From assembly GCA_951406725.2 (NCBI GenBank), contig OX597827.1:51274001-51338000 (forward strand): a DNA stretch of 64,000 nt, read 5' to 3'. This document shows positions 1 to 11,583 of the stretch, in pieces (position 1 is the stretch's first letter; every line of letters starts with the position of its first letter). The position numbers and the translations under genes were made by a program. The stretch is from Octopus vulgaris (Eukaryota). A model generated the notes under the pieces. That model saw only the letters and a program-made list of their open reading frames with translations, was not told the DNA's origin and ran no database searches.

Positions 1-141
1 AAGAAGTCTTTTGTGATATTATTCTTGTCACTATCAATCAGTGACTGACATGTTGAAAACCAATGACACCCATGTTCACCAGATGAGATACAAAATAAAA
101 AAAATTCATTTGGTGACAAACAAAACTTTGAAATAACTAGA

Positions 142-274
142 AAGTATCAAATATGATTCTCAGAGCAAGTAACCAAGGAAAACAATCTTGCTGGTAACTG
201 CTCTTGATTGTCTAGACTGGAAAAAATATTGGACTTTTCTTGGTTACTTGTTCTGAGAATCATATTTGATACTT
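142..274. repeat. Short fold-back: ~40-bp inverted arms (142-182 / 235-274) with ~50-bp spacer
   Basis: aagtatcaaatatgattctcagagcaagtaaccaag is the near-perfect reverse complement of cttggttacttgttctgagaatcatatttgatactt. Confidence 0.85.
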
Positions 275-279
275 ACTAC

Positions 280-874
280 TGTTCCAGACAAGGTCATTCG
301 GAATGCTCACAGCAGCCATATTCCTACCGCTCTATGTCACACTGGTGAGACCCATATTGGAGTACAGGATTCAAGCCTCTTCTCCTTATCTCCTCAAAGA
401 CATACATCATCTCGAAAGAGTCCAGAAGCTGGCTACCCGCATGGTTCTTGGTCTCAAGCATTTGTCTCATGAAGAAAGGCTGAAGACGCTCGACCTTTAT
501 TCTCTAGAAAAACGCTGCCGCCGTGGTGATCTCATTCTTGCTCACATCATAAGCGGAAAGTGTAACCTCTCAAAAGAGTTGTTCTTCACTCCAGCTCCAG
601 AGCGTAGGCTGCGGGGTCACTCCGAGAAGCTCTATCTGCGATGATTTCATCTCAATCGAAGGAGAGGGGCTTTCTCCATCCAGGTTGCAGATCGGTGGAA
701 TAAGCTGCCGGATGAGATAGTGAAGATGCTGACGACCGCTCGATTCAAAGTCTCTCTTGACCAGAAATGGCCTGAACTCTTTGCATGAACACCCCTGTAC
801 ATAACTCCATGTCCCCCTACATGGCCTTGCGTTTTTGCTTTTTGAGCCACAAAATTAACTTAACTTAACTTAAC
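280..874 (+). mobile_element. CR1-clade LINE, 5'-truncated 3' end
   Basis: ORF 303-644 reads LYVTLVRPILEY...LERVQKLATRMV.GLKHLSHEERLK.LDLYSLEKR.RRGDLI, a CR1 ORF2 C-terminus. It ends in a (TTAAC)n tail at ~854-874. Confidence 0.85.
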
Positions 875-1693
875 TATTTCCAGACCAATGATTACACAAA
901 GTCGTTTATGAAGTAAGAACACTTCCCAGGAAAAAAACTGACATACTGCTTTACTCCCTGCACATGACTTTCCTGCAGTTGTCACCTTGCAACAGTCTAG
1001 GCTGCAGTTAACAACATCAATATCACCAGTCTCCAAAAACCTGACCCGGAGAAAAGGCCAAGAGTACAGCCAGCTCCTTTCTCCAAATGAAACTAATAAG
1101 GAATTTGAGACTGGATCTAAAGCCAATAAGTTAGACAAATTTATCTTATTCTGGAGATTTATCGACCCCATACCATCATGTACATGAATTCCTTCGGATA
1201 GTGATTCTTATTCCATTGATATGCAGATTCTTCACTGGCTGCCTCATTCTTCTTTTCAATCACATTATCTGTAACTAACAGTAAGTACATCATTGAGACA
1301 ATAATATTTTCTAATACAACAAAATGTATTTCTAATGGGATGTCACCAACATTACTTCGGGATGCAGTGAGATTTACAATACTAACCCATAACTGGCTTA
1401 AGAATACTGACGAAAGTTATAAAGTAAAATTATTTAGAAGTTTCCACAGTTTAAGACATATGAATGAGGTGGGATGTCATCGTTAAAAAAAGTGTTAGGA
1501 AACAAACTACCCAGCTGAGCCTGTTACATGTGTGCTTATTTCTGAGACAAACTGTTTAAAAACAAAAACAAATATACAAAACAACAACAAAAAAAAATCA
1601 CTAGTATCAGTTTCAGTATGGTTGACAACTGTAACAAAGTGAGCTTCCATGTGACTTATAACAATAAACTAGAAACAAAGCCAAAACGCAGTC

Positions 1694-1707
1694 TGACGTC
1701 ACTTCCT
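1694..1707 (-). promoter_or_regulatory. Overlapping ETS/CRE motif (AGGAAGTGACGTCA)
   Basis: Plus strand tgacgtcacttcct: a full CRE palindrome overlapping a GGAAG ETS core, in a comparatively CpG-rich stretch with no recognisable TE. Confidence 0.45.
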
Positions 1708-3119
1708 ATTAGCTTGACAACTGTTACAAACTTATAATCGATTTAGAAACGGATCGTGTTGAAAATAAACGACGATCAATCATTCCTTTTTTTTTTTTTG
1801 CTGGCTAGAAAGACATGTTCGAAGGTAAAATAAGTTAACGCAAAGTTTACTAAAAAAAAATCAATGTAATCAGTTCTGTCACTCGTCACCTAACTTGGAA
1901 AGGGAGCTAAGTAATAAGCCATAAACTGAATCGATCAATTATTATAGCAGATAAAAATATAAAAAGTGACTAATAACAAGAATAAGACGAGGGATCCGCT
2001 ATAAAAGTAGAACAACACATCAGTATAACAATAATAAAGTAATATACGCATACTATCTGCAACATAATCTTAGTCAAAATACGCCTTCTTTAGACAATAC
2101 TATAATTAATACATTTGACACATTCAACCCAAATGTGGTGGCGTAAGATAAAATAAGTCAAATGAATCCAATTCCACTAAATATCAGCATATATTCTTGA
2201 TAATGAAATAAAAATTGCAATTTAGAAATTAGAAATGCGTTGAATCAGCAGCAATCAGTATAAAACTAATAGCGAAAGAACTAGTTTCGATCATTCTGAC
2301 TAACGTTATCAAAAGACCATTAATGCAAGTTATAAATCACTTATTAAGTGCACTCTTTATCTGTCATATCATACAATATTTTGATTATAATAAATTTGTT
2401 TATAACTTCCATCGTATTAAAACAAATTATTTGTACTAATAATGGTGCCAAATGCGGATTTCTTTTTGAACAGAAAATGCTTAGGGTTAGATTCACTGAA
2501 ATAAAGCGGGACAATGCGGTTGATTGTCTCAGACGGAGGACACAAATAATATGGAAAAGGCGGACAATAAGTCGGAGACCATTCCAGTGTCGTACTAACA
2601 ACTCCCCATTCAAGAGAACAATCAACTATTTACTTGACACAGAAAATAGTTTTCTTTGTTACTAATCAATTTCTTATTTCGGATGAAAGTTTTGCGATTA
2701 AATACCATTCTCATCAGTTTCATTTATTATTTCAGCACAATATTCTATTTAGCAACTCGATTGAAATAAATTAACAAAACGAAGATATAAAAAAAATAAT
2801 AATCGAAATAGCTTTAAATTCATAAAACTCTACGAATTAAATGAAACTAAATAAGAGAAAAAGTAGAATAATAAGACATCTGAAAAGCGGCTTTGTAATA
2901 ATTTTACTTGGTTTATCCCATAGAATATAATTGTGGTATGAGATAGTCGACGGAAATAGAAGTTAATTATATAAAATCAGGTCTTTAGAAGTGACCGGTT
3001 TTTTCAGTCGAAAGATCATTATAAAACGATGCAAAAACAAAGGAGAAATTAACTTCTAAAAAAATTATAATCATTGAAAATACCTTTTGAAGCATTATGA
3101 AGTGGTTTGACAGTGATCA

Positions 3120-3307
3120 ATGGGGAAATTGGTGAGAGTTAAAGAGGAAACGATCAAAGCAGGTGTGAAGTGACCTCCATGTCGGTGCGAGATCTCGGTG
3201 TCTGCAGTTGTCTCCCCTTTGTTTATGTCGAAATTAGACATGATCCCCATCCCTTAAAAAAATGGCTGCATATGAAACGATGAAAAACTTCACCACTAGC
3301 TTACAAT
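3120..3307 (+). promoter_or_regulatory. Candidate promoter / first exon of ZNF gene A
   Basis: Locally CpG-rich, with a YY1-like aaaatggctg motif at ~3259-3268 and the donor AAT|GTAAGT at 3307/3308. The link to the CDS at 21573 is inferred. Confidence 0.4.
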
Positions 3308-3464
3308 GTAAGTACACTTCGCTGCCAACTTGTCACTATCCGACTTAGACATATGAACGGCGGGTCATTGTAATGTTTCTTCCGTATGTTACTCAAACAG
3401 TTGCTTGATTTTTATTTATATTAACACTACGTAAGCACGCTGAAATATTTCATGATTGAAGTCA

Positions 3465-3571
3465 TACACACACACACACATACACATATATATACACACA
3501 TATACACACACATATATATATATATATACACACATATACGTGTGTATGTATATATGTATGTATATATATAT
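3465..3571. repeat. Compound (CA)n/(TA)n microsatellite
   Basis: Directly visible. Confidence 0.95.
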
Positions 3572-4195
3572 AAAAGTTTAGGGAATAGCTAGTGATGGTA
3601 GATTTTCTTTAGGTTTAGAACGTCTGTAGACATTGGTTAGACTAACTGAATCCGTTACTACTTTTCTCTATAAATTATTTCATTGACTGAGTTGTGATTT
3701 GGATAAACTCTAAATGTTCAGTATGTCTAATTTCGAATAGCAAGTCTGCTGGGAGTGACTCGGGGCCATTTAATGAATAGATTTTATAACTTAAAATGAC
3801 AGCAGTTCCACACATACACATACGAAAAATAGTGAGTGTTATGTTTTCGTAAATATATTATTTAATGGATTCTTATATTTGAAGTGTTCTTATATATGTC
3901 TATTGATGTTTTTAATTGATAATTACAGTGTTCGCTGCAATATATTGTTTTCTTCCTGCGATATTTTCGTAAATATGTTTAAAATGTAGCACTTAACTGA
4001 AATTAGTGTTTCGCTATAAAACAAGAAACAACATTGATATTTAAAAATATGCAACAGATATAGCATGCAAGGATTTTTATTTTAATTAGGTTATATAATT
4101 CAGTTTAAACACCGGCCATTTGGTTCACTGGTTTGATCATTCCCAGTGGTTTGCCGTAATGATTTCTCTTTCATATTTCACTATCATTTTCCCAG

Positions 4196-4245
4196 ATGAT
4201 ATGGATAATATTTCGATGCTTCACTTTGTGAGTTGCGATCATGGG
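4196..4245 (+). other. Candidate 50-nt internal 5' exon of ZNF gene A
   Basis: Pyrimidine tract plus ttttcccag acceptor ending at 4195, and a GGG|GTAAGT donor at 4246. Confidence 0.5.
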
Positions 4246-5029
4246 GTAAGTATGCTTAGAATTGAACACTGTCTTCTCTAGTTAATATAATACCTCAATA
4301 CCTTTTGAAATTAAGCACTTTTCGAAAAAGAAATAAGATTGAATAATTCTGTTTATGAAACTGAAATTTTAAGTTTTTTCCGTATACATTTCGTACCAGT
4401 GTTGGTGGGCCTTTGGATTGCATTTTCATTCATTCTTTATTTTTTTTTTTAAATTTGTATCTCATGAAAATATTTCATGTGCTGAAAGTTTTAAATGCCG
4501 AGAGATTAAGATAGTTTGAAATTTTCGGAAATTCTAATCCAAAGCAAGATATGAATATAAAGCTGTATTTACACTTGCAAGCAACTACCATCAAAACTCT
4601 TAATTTTTCGAACTCGTTTGCTTTGCATGGATAATGAAGTTACCTTCGCTGTATAACATTTGTTAAAGAGATCTAGTTTTTCTTTTCAGTAATGCCAATG
4701 ACAATTACTTTTTTTAAAAATACTTTATGCAAAAGTTGCAGCATTACAAGAATTTCTTAAAAGTTAAACTTTTAAACAGAAACATCATGAATACCAGTAG
4801 TTTACGAAGGGGAATCAATTTTCCATATCATTTGTAAAAATTGGTTTTGAGTCTTGCCAAAAGAAACCGCTTTTAAATAACATTTTCTCATGTAAGAACA
4901 ATTTTTTTCAAGTTTTAAATTTAAATGACACATGGTAACATGTTTCCTAACTTGTGCGGTAGGTACATCATGCTACCCGGTTTAACACTACAACCTGATC
5001 CGTAAAAGCCTTTAAAAGAGTTTACTCTG

Positions 5030-6170
5030 TTGCAAACCTCCAGACCTAGCTCACGACACGAAGTTAGCATGACCTCACAAAGAGCTGATACCTCCCACAC
5101 TTCATTAGATACCAGAAATAAAAACAATTCTCCTTCCTTCTCTCTAGCATCCATGAACACCAAGATCACCTCTAACTTCACATCTTGTTTCTCTAAGACA
5201 AATGTTATCTTATCAGTCTCTACTGTAAGGATATACTTTTTTCACTCAAAGTTCGTACTGAAAGTTGTGTCTACATACATAAATTTCCCTCTCCCTGACA
5301 TTCATCTCTTTCACCTGGATCTCAGTCATGAAGACTTCCAGTTACTCTGGCTCAAAGCCAGCCTTCCCACCTCTAAATTTGCTTCCTCTACTTTTCCTCC
5401 AACTTCTCAAACTACTAACAACTTTTCAACCATTGAGAACACCTAGCTCACCTTCACTCCTCTCTGAAGTCATTCAGTGACGACTTTATTGCTTACAACG
5501 CTTCTTTGGCTCTCATACACATCCCGTATTGATGCTGTCAATGCAGAAACCAGTCTTTTCACTCCTCAACTAGGTGCATCAACAAGCTTCAAAGCTACTT
5601 ACATCCTTAACTAACACATAGACACTCCAGACTCCCTTGGTCACTTTCTCACCTAAATCCATCCTCTACCAGACAAAAACTTTCTCTGCAACCATCAAAC
5701 CATCAGGTCGTCTGATTACTATCTTATTACAACTACCCACTATAAATGCACATATCATGCAATGCCCTCCACTCCACATATACATGTCCCTGATCCTATG
5801 GCATTTCAAGTTAACCAACTAACAGAATTCCACTTATTCTAACCCTGACAGCACATGTACTTCATTTCTGACACATCAGAAACACCAGATGGCTTGCTAA
5901 AGCCATCCTGTTTGACATGTCTTCCCACATCTCACACAGCAAAACCTTGGTGAGTTACTGAAACCATCTTCTTAAACATGTCTTCCTACATGCCACAACA
6001 AAACTCGAGAAAATCACCCACTTTACAAACTAGACAGCTCTTACCCAATATCATAATTCCTGTAAGACCATCCAAACTGAAATGGTTGCCTCTGTGCACT
6101 GCAGAGCCATCAAGCTCTCCTACTTCTGCCATAATATCATCAGTTCCTTCCTAAAAGAAATTAACAGAGT
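5030..6170 (+). mobile_element. Degraded jockey-group (CR1/L2/Jockey) LINE, APE endonuclease region
   Basis: C-rich decayed coding sequence (HLFHLDLSHEDFQLLWLK) similar to the relic at 7840-8800. Confidence 0.5.
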
Positions 6171-7730
6171 CCAATTCTTATCACAGCTTCAAAATCTGGA
6201 CTGAATCAATTCTGTTATTCTTAGAGATTGCATGAGTCAACTCATTTTTGTGAATTTGATAAAATTAGAGCTATAGCACAAAGTCCAAAAGAAGATACAA
6301 TTCAAATGAGGCTCTTAGAAGCATGCAATCATCTAAGCATCATGTAAAAGTTTTAGAATATTTTTTTAGTCCAGTAATCTGAAACTTAATGCCTGCATTG
6401 AATTGGTTCAACACTCTGAAATGAAACTTCTGATCCAACAAATAAAAGACGAATGAAGTCTGAAGTTAAACACTTTGCCAGACCCCTCAGCTGAAAGCTC
6501 TGCTAATCACAAGAGCAACAACAGTGCTTTTGCTAAAGTTCTTGAAGGCAAGAGACCACTGGTGGATTCTGGACAAAAGCAAATCTCCAGTAGTACTGGC
6601 TTAGAAGCAGGGCTGTGGAGTCAAAACAAAAAACTTTGACTCTGACTCCTCTACTATTGGCATCTGACTCCGACCCCTCTTTATGTAATTAAGTGATTGT
6701 GGTCTACATATCTCATAAAGCATATACTTGTACTTTGTGTAGACCCATATGTTATAGCCGGTTTATATTAAAGAATAATGATATTGTGAGTTGGAGTTGG
6801 TGTCAGTCAAACTACACCAACTCTGACTCCACAGCCCTGCTTAGAAGCCATGCTAATGGTGAGAAAGGAATAGTTGTTTGATTTTGTTTTATAAATTGGA
6901 GAGAGAAAGGTTGTATGTAAAACCACTGTGAATAGATTGAGGAAATTGAAAATAATAATTCTGCAAGTATTTATGAAATTGGTCTAAAAATATTTGAACT
7001 GTAATCCCTTAGAATATTTGGATGGATTTGAATAAACCAGTGAGTTCATATTAAAACAAATTAATGATCTGTCATTGAAATTTTGGAAAAGTTTGATGCA
7101 TTAATGGAACCAAATAAGGACAATGGTGTGAGTATCATTGTGTTGTTGCTGAATGGAAGAAAAATCATGGATAGATGAAATGAATGAGATGAAGTTCCAG
7201 TATAGTTTGGAAGATAGATTGGTTTTAAGCTATTGTTGGTTTTCAAAGAAAATATCAGAATATGTTATTCGGAGGTGACACTGTTGTCAGTATACATTAA
7301 ACTATTTGTTGTATTGAAACTGAAAAAGTTCCACTTAGAGGAGGGACTAAACAGGCATCTCCTTCAGTAGCTGTGTTTACTACAAATGCACATCTCTGAA
7401 TAATATCTGGAGACTGTAAAGTGAGCTTAGATGAAAATTTGTTTAGATTCTTATCCAACTGCAATTACTTAATCAGTATTTCATTCTACTTCTGACATAA
7501 ATTATATTGATTGATTGATTTTGAAGGGTTTGTGTCATCAGATAGAAATGTATTCTGAAGTGAGAAAAGTTACAACAATATATACACCAAGGAATCCTTT
7601 TAACAAGGACAAATCTTATGGAAATAAAACTGCCAGTATGTAGTTTCAGAGAGCAATTGAACATGTTGGAAATGACATAGATGTTATTGTTTATGAAGAT
7701 GATGCAAATATTGGTGATAAAACTATTTGG
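6170..7730 (+). mobile_element. Highly degraded Gypsy gag-pol relic
   Basis: Decayed RT-like motifs in the expected order: SGDCKVSL (CGDYK-like), TPRG-like, YG.KTAS, FQRAIEH, VIVYEDD (YxDD). Confidence 0.5.
6608..6839. mobile_element. hAT-type MITE
   Basis: TIRs cagggctgtggagtc / gactccacagccctg, with perfect 8-bp TSD cttagaag (6600-6607, 6840-6847). Confidence 0.9.
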
Positions 7731-7839
7731 TGTATCATGTCAGTATAGCCATTGTATCACCTTTGGGTGCTTTTAGTGGAGTTCACTCTGTTGCAAGCTC
7801 TCAGATCCATGCACAATCACCAAACCAAACATCCTATGT

Positions 7840-10286
7840 CTCTATGAGATGCAAATTTTGCAATCCCTCTTTACAACCCCCCTCTGCTAACCAGGATACA
7901 CTCTCTGTTAAAATTTCACTCTGCACATATGTAAACTACTCTCTCTGTCTTTCACTTGCATTTCAACAATAATGACTTACAGTTATTTAAAGTCAAAATT
8001 TTCCTCCTTCATTTGCTTTGTACGTCTGCTCCTTTTGTTGCTTTCTGAATTCCTTGAATCACTGGTGAATCTTTAATCACATCCCCTTTTGCATTGTGAA
8101 CATATATCTCACCTTTCCCCTCTGTCTGAAGTCATATTTGGTAACTTCAATGCTCACAACTCCTTTTGGCTCTCACACTCATTCCACACTGATGCTTTCA
8201 GCACAGAAACCTTACTTGCATTCCAGACCAACACACAGACACCCAAAACACTCTGGATCTCTTTCTCACCTTGAAATTTATCCTCTGTCAAACTGTGACA
8301 GTCTCAGGTCATCTGTTGTTGCTTCATCGCAACTGCCCAATAAACACAGTCACATACTCACACAGCCTCCCTTTACCTGCAAGTCAGCCAAGTGTTTGAA
8401 GCTCCACTAATTTTATGCTAATAGCCTCTGGCTGTACATATACTTTGCACCTGACCCACCAGAAACAGATAGGCTGATGATTAAACCCATCCTTTTAGAC
8501 ATATTTCTCTACATTCCACACACAACAAAATCTCAGTGACCCAAGTTCCCTAAGTAGTTTACTCATAGCTGCATTGAAGCTGATAGGACAAAAAGCACAG
8601 CCTACAATGCATGAAGAAAATTACCCTCTGCTCAAAACTAAGTGGTATTCACTACACAACTCTTGTAAGACCATTATCTTATATATAAAGAACACCTTTG
8701 CACATTACATGGCCCTCTCGCTTTCCCACCTCCCAGATTGCAACTAAGCTTTCCAATCCTTCGCCAAAAGAATATACATTAACTTTGCAAGGTCCTCTTT
8801 CCCCGTCTTCTAAACATTGATGGTTTTATAAGCAGTACCTTCATGGAAGAAGTCTCTATTTTTCCCACCTCCCAGATTGCAACTAAGCTTTCCGATCCCT
8901 TGCCAAAAACATTAACTTTGCAAGGTCCTCTTTCCCCATCTTCTAAACATTGATGGTTTTATAAGCAGTACCTTCATGGAAGAAGAAGTCTCTATTTTTA
9001 CTTCCCATTTCTAACTCCACACTACATACCCTTGGCAAATCTCTTTTAAAACTACCTACTTCAACTGCATCAGGCCCAAGTGTGAAAATACTTCCAGTTA
9101 CTTCAGACCGGCAAAACTACTATTGACCCTGACACTCTCTTCCATCAGAACTTACTCCTATCTTCACTGAACCTTTTAATCTCTCACTCTCTATTGGCGA
9201 CATTTGGAAGCATGCTTCAGTGTGTCTCATTCCAAAATTGGGTATCTCCTCTGACTGTCTCAATTATTGTTCGATTGCTCTCGCCTGTAACATTACTCAG
9301 ATAATGGAGGTAGTCATTTAACAGTGATCTATAAAACTTAAATCTCTTTCTTTCCTCAGTGACCACCAGTATAGCTTGTGTGGAACCAGATCCATTCTTC
9401 TCTTTACTATCATTAACTCGTAGTCTCTCACTTAAGAGCATTTAAGTAATACAGTCCAGTGTTTTAGACATCAATAAAGCCTTTGAACATTGCCTGGTTT
9501 GTAAATCTCCTATGGAAAGTTCCCACCCTAGGGCTCACTCATTTCGTATTTTGGGTCAATAGCTTCCTCTATCATCATACCATAGCAACATGTTGACAGA
9601 CCTTTCTCTGCTCCTCTCATAATCAGCTCCTCAGGTTTCAGAAGTGTCTCTCACTGTCTCCCTTCTATACTTTAATGTCCTATTTGCTGCCACATCCAAC
9701 AATGCTCACTCGTATGCAAATTATATGACTCTTTATTCCTCCCTAATCTTTTCCAGCCATTGCATCATCCACACACAACCATGACACTACATGCTAAACT
9801 TGCATTGATTCCATGAATGGAGAGTTTGAGAGCATCATTCAGTAGGGTTCTGCCAATCTTATCTTTTTTAACAGCCAAAAAAAAATGAAACAAACAAAAG
9901 AACTCAAGCACTTTCATATCAAGAAAACCTCACCAAACCATACTACTACTAAACATGAGTGGCACTGAACTAGATCCCACATCAGTTGTGGCTTCAAAAT
10001 CACATTAACATAGTTAGGATTATATCCTAAAGACTGTCCTTTTTCTTCAAGGTCCCTCATCTCTAACATTGCTGACACTCTACAAGGCTCAAGTGAGGCC
10101 CACAGTGATGTTTTGCTCTCATATCTAGTATTGTGCTGCTGCTAAGCACACAAATATCCTAGTCTACATCCAGAGAAAGGTTGCTTGACTGATTGACATT
10201 AAATCACTAAGACATGTTCCAGCCTCTGGCCCACAGGCATGTTGTCTCCTCTTCATTCCTTTTCTGTTACTACTATAATGGCCTTT
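7840..10286 (+). mobile_element. Degraded jockey-group LINE (APE + RT), 5' part; resumes at 12510-12740
   Basis: VIFGNFNAH (GDFNAH), LDINKAFE (LDxSKAFD), SYANY (YADD) and YKAQVRPT motifs. The element is split by an LTR insertion. Confidence 0.7.
8723..8999 (+). repeat. ~140-bp tandem duplication inside the LINE
   Basis: ttcccacctcccagattgcaactaagc...gaagtctctatttt occurs twice head-to-tail. Confidence 0.9.
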
Positions 10287-11219
10287 TGTTGTAGGAAATT
10301 AGTAATAATAGTACACCTCTCCTATGTGACAAGTGGAATGAGTCAGTCACTATAAGTAAGATGAGAATTGGGAGAGTACATAGAGCACAAGAGTACTTGT
10401 AGGTTGTGTTGATAGTCATGTCTGTACTGATCTAGTCATTATACTGCGATACTGAGTGGACGTAATCATAATCCAACCTTTGGAGGATAATAACACTATG
10501 ACTGCAGGTCGTACAGTGCCAGACAGAAACATCCTGTCGATGACTTTGGAATATAACAATATCTGTCAGATCAGCAACTGTCATAATGACAGATATAACA
10601 GTGGTAGATGACCACTTTATAATAGTGGCAACAAGGATAAACCAATTCACGTAGAGTTAATGAACTCACAAAGATTGTTGTACAAATTTTATGAAAAATT
10701 GTGAAGGGATGGAAAATTTGTTGGCGGGTTTGCTTAAGTTGCAAAACAGCAAGAACAACTGCAAGAACATCAACAATTAATATTACAGCAACAAATGCTG
10801 CAATTACTGAAGTTGTCAGAAAAGCCAGAAAAAGTGTTCTCACCAGGCTATGTTGCGAATTCAATTACTGAATTCAAATGCAAACTTGATGTAGGAGTTA
10901 CCTTCGAAGCACACTTACAGAAGGTATGAGAAAATTTGCAAGAAAAAATGTAAAGATTGGGACAATGAGATGAAAACTTGCTTTATCTTGAGAAAACTGT
11001 CTCCAACAGAACATGAACGAAACAATAATTTTGTACTTCTAAGAAAACTGTCTGACATAAAGTTAAGTGACACAATATATATATTGTGTAAGATTTTCAG
11101 TGAAAAAAGCTCATTGTTCAATACATGTTGGAAGTGTCTGAGCATAGAGAAAAACAACAAAGACTCTATCACATGTGCTAGTAAGCAGGGAATGCAAGAA
11201 GTTTAAGCTGGATAAATTA

Positions 11220-11362
11220 ACATTATTTACATTTGACGGATATTTGCCCTCATCTTGTTTGTTGTTAACACAATGTTTCGGCTGATATACCCTCCAACCT
11301 TCCTCAGGTGTCTTGGGGAAATTTTGAATCTGGGTTCTCATTCCTAAGGTATTTTTTTGATG

Positions 11363-11398
<36 letters not shown>

Positions 11399-11583
11399 TC
11401 ACTGCCTGGAATGGAACTCGGAATCTTGGGGTTAGTAGCTCGCGCTTTTAACCACTACACCATATGCCCGGGCATATGGTGTAGTTGTTAAGAGCTCGGG
11501 GCTACTAACCCCAAGATTCCGAGTTCCATTCCAGGCAGTGACTTGAATAATAATAATAATAATATCGAAAAATACCTTAGGAA
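11220..11583 (-). mobile_element. tRNA-headed SINE-like element with Penelope-type tail plus inverted partial copy
   Basis: Minus strand from ~11469: A-box TGGTGTAGTGG, B-box-like GAGTTCCATTCC, (AAT)n, body, hammerhead motif. A near-perfect palindrome spans 11341-11583, centred at 11469/11470. Confidence 0.7.
11267..11312 (-). ncRNA. Minimal type-I hammerhead ribozyme motif (PLE-type)
   Basis: GACAC-CUGAGGA-A-GGUUG(loop)CAGCC-GAAA-CAUU-GUGUU: stem I, intact core boxes, stem II and a tiny stem III. Confidence 0.65.

Noticed and set aside
2344-2665. Overlapping 93/105-aa ORFs in the candidate promoter zone
   Set aside because: No domain, splice or codon support; likely chance ORFs.
11400-11540. 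Pair of tRNA genes
   Set aside because: A/B boxes are present, but there is no complete cloverleaf or acceptor stem and the sequence continues into a repeat body. These are SINE heads.
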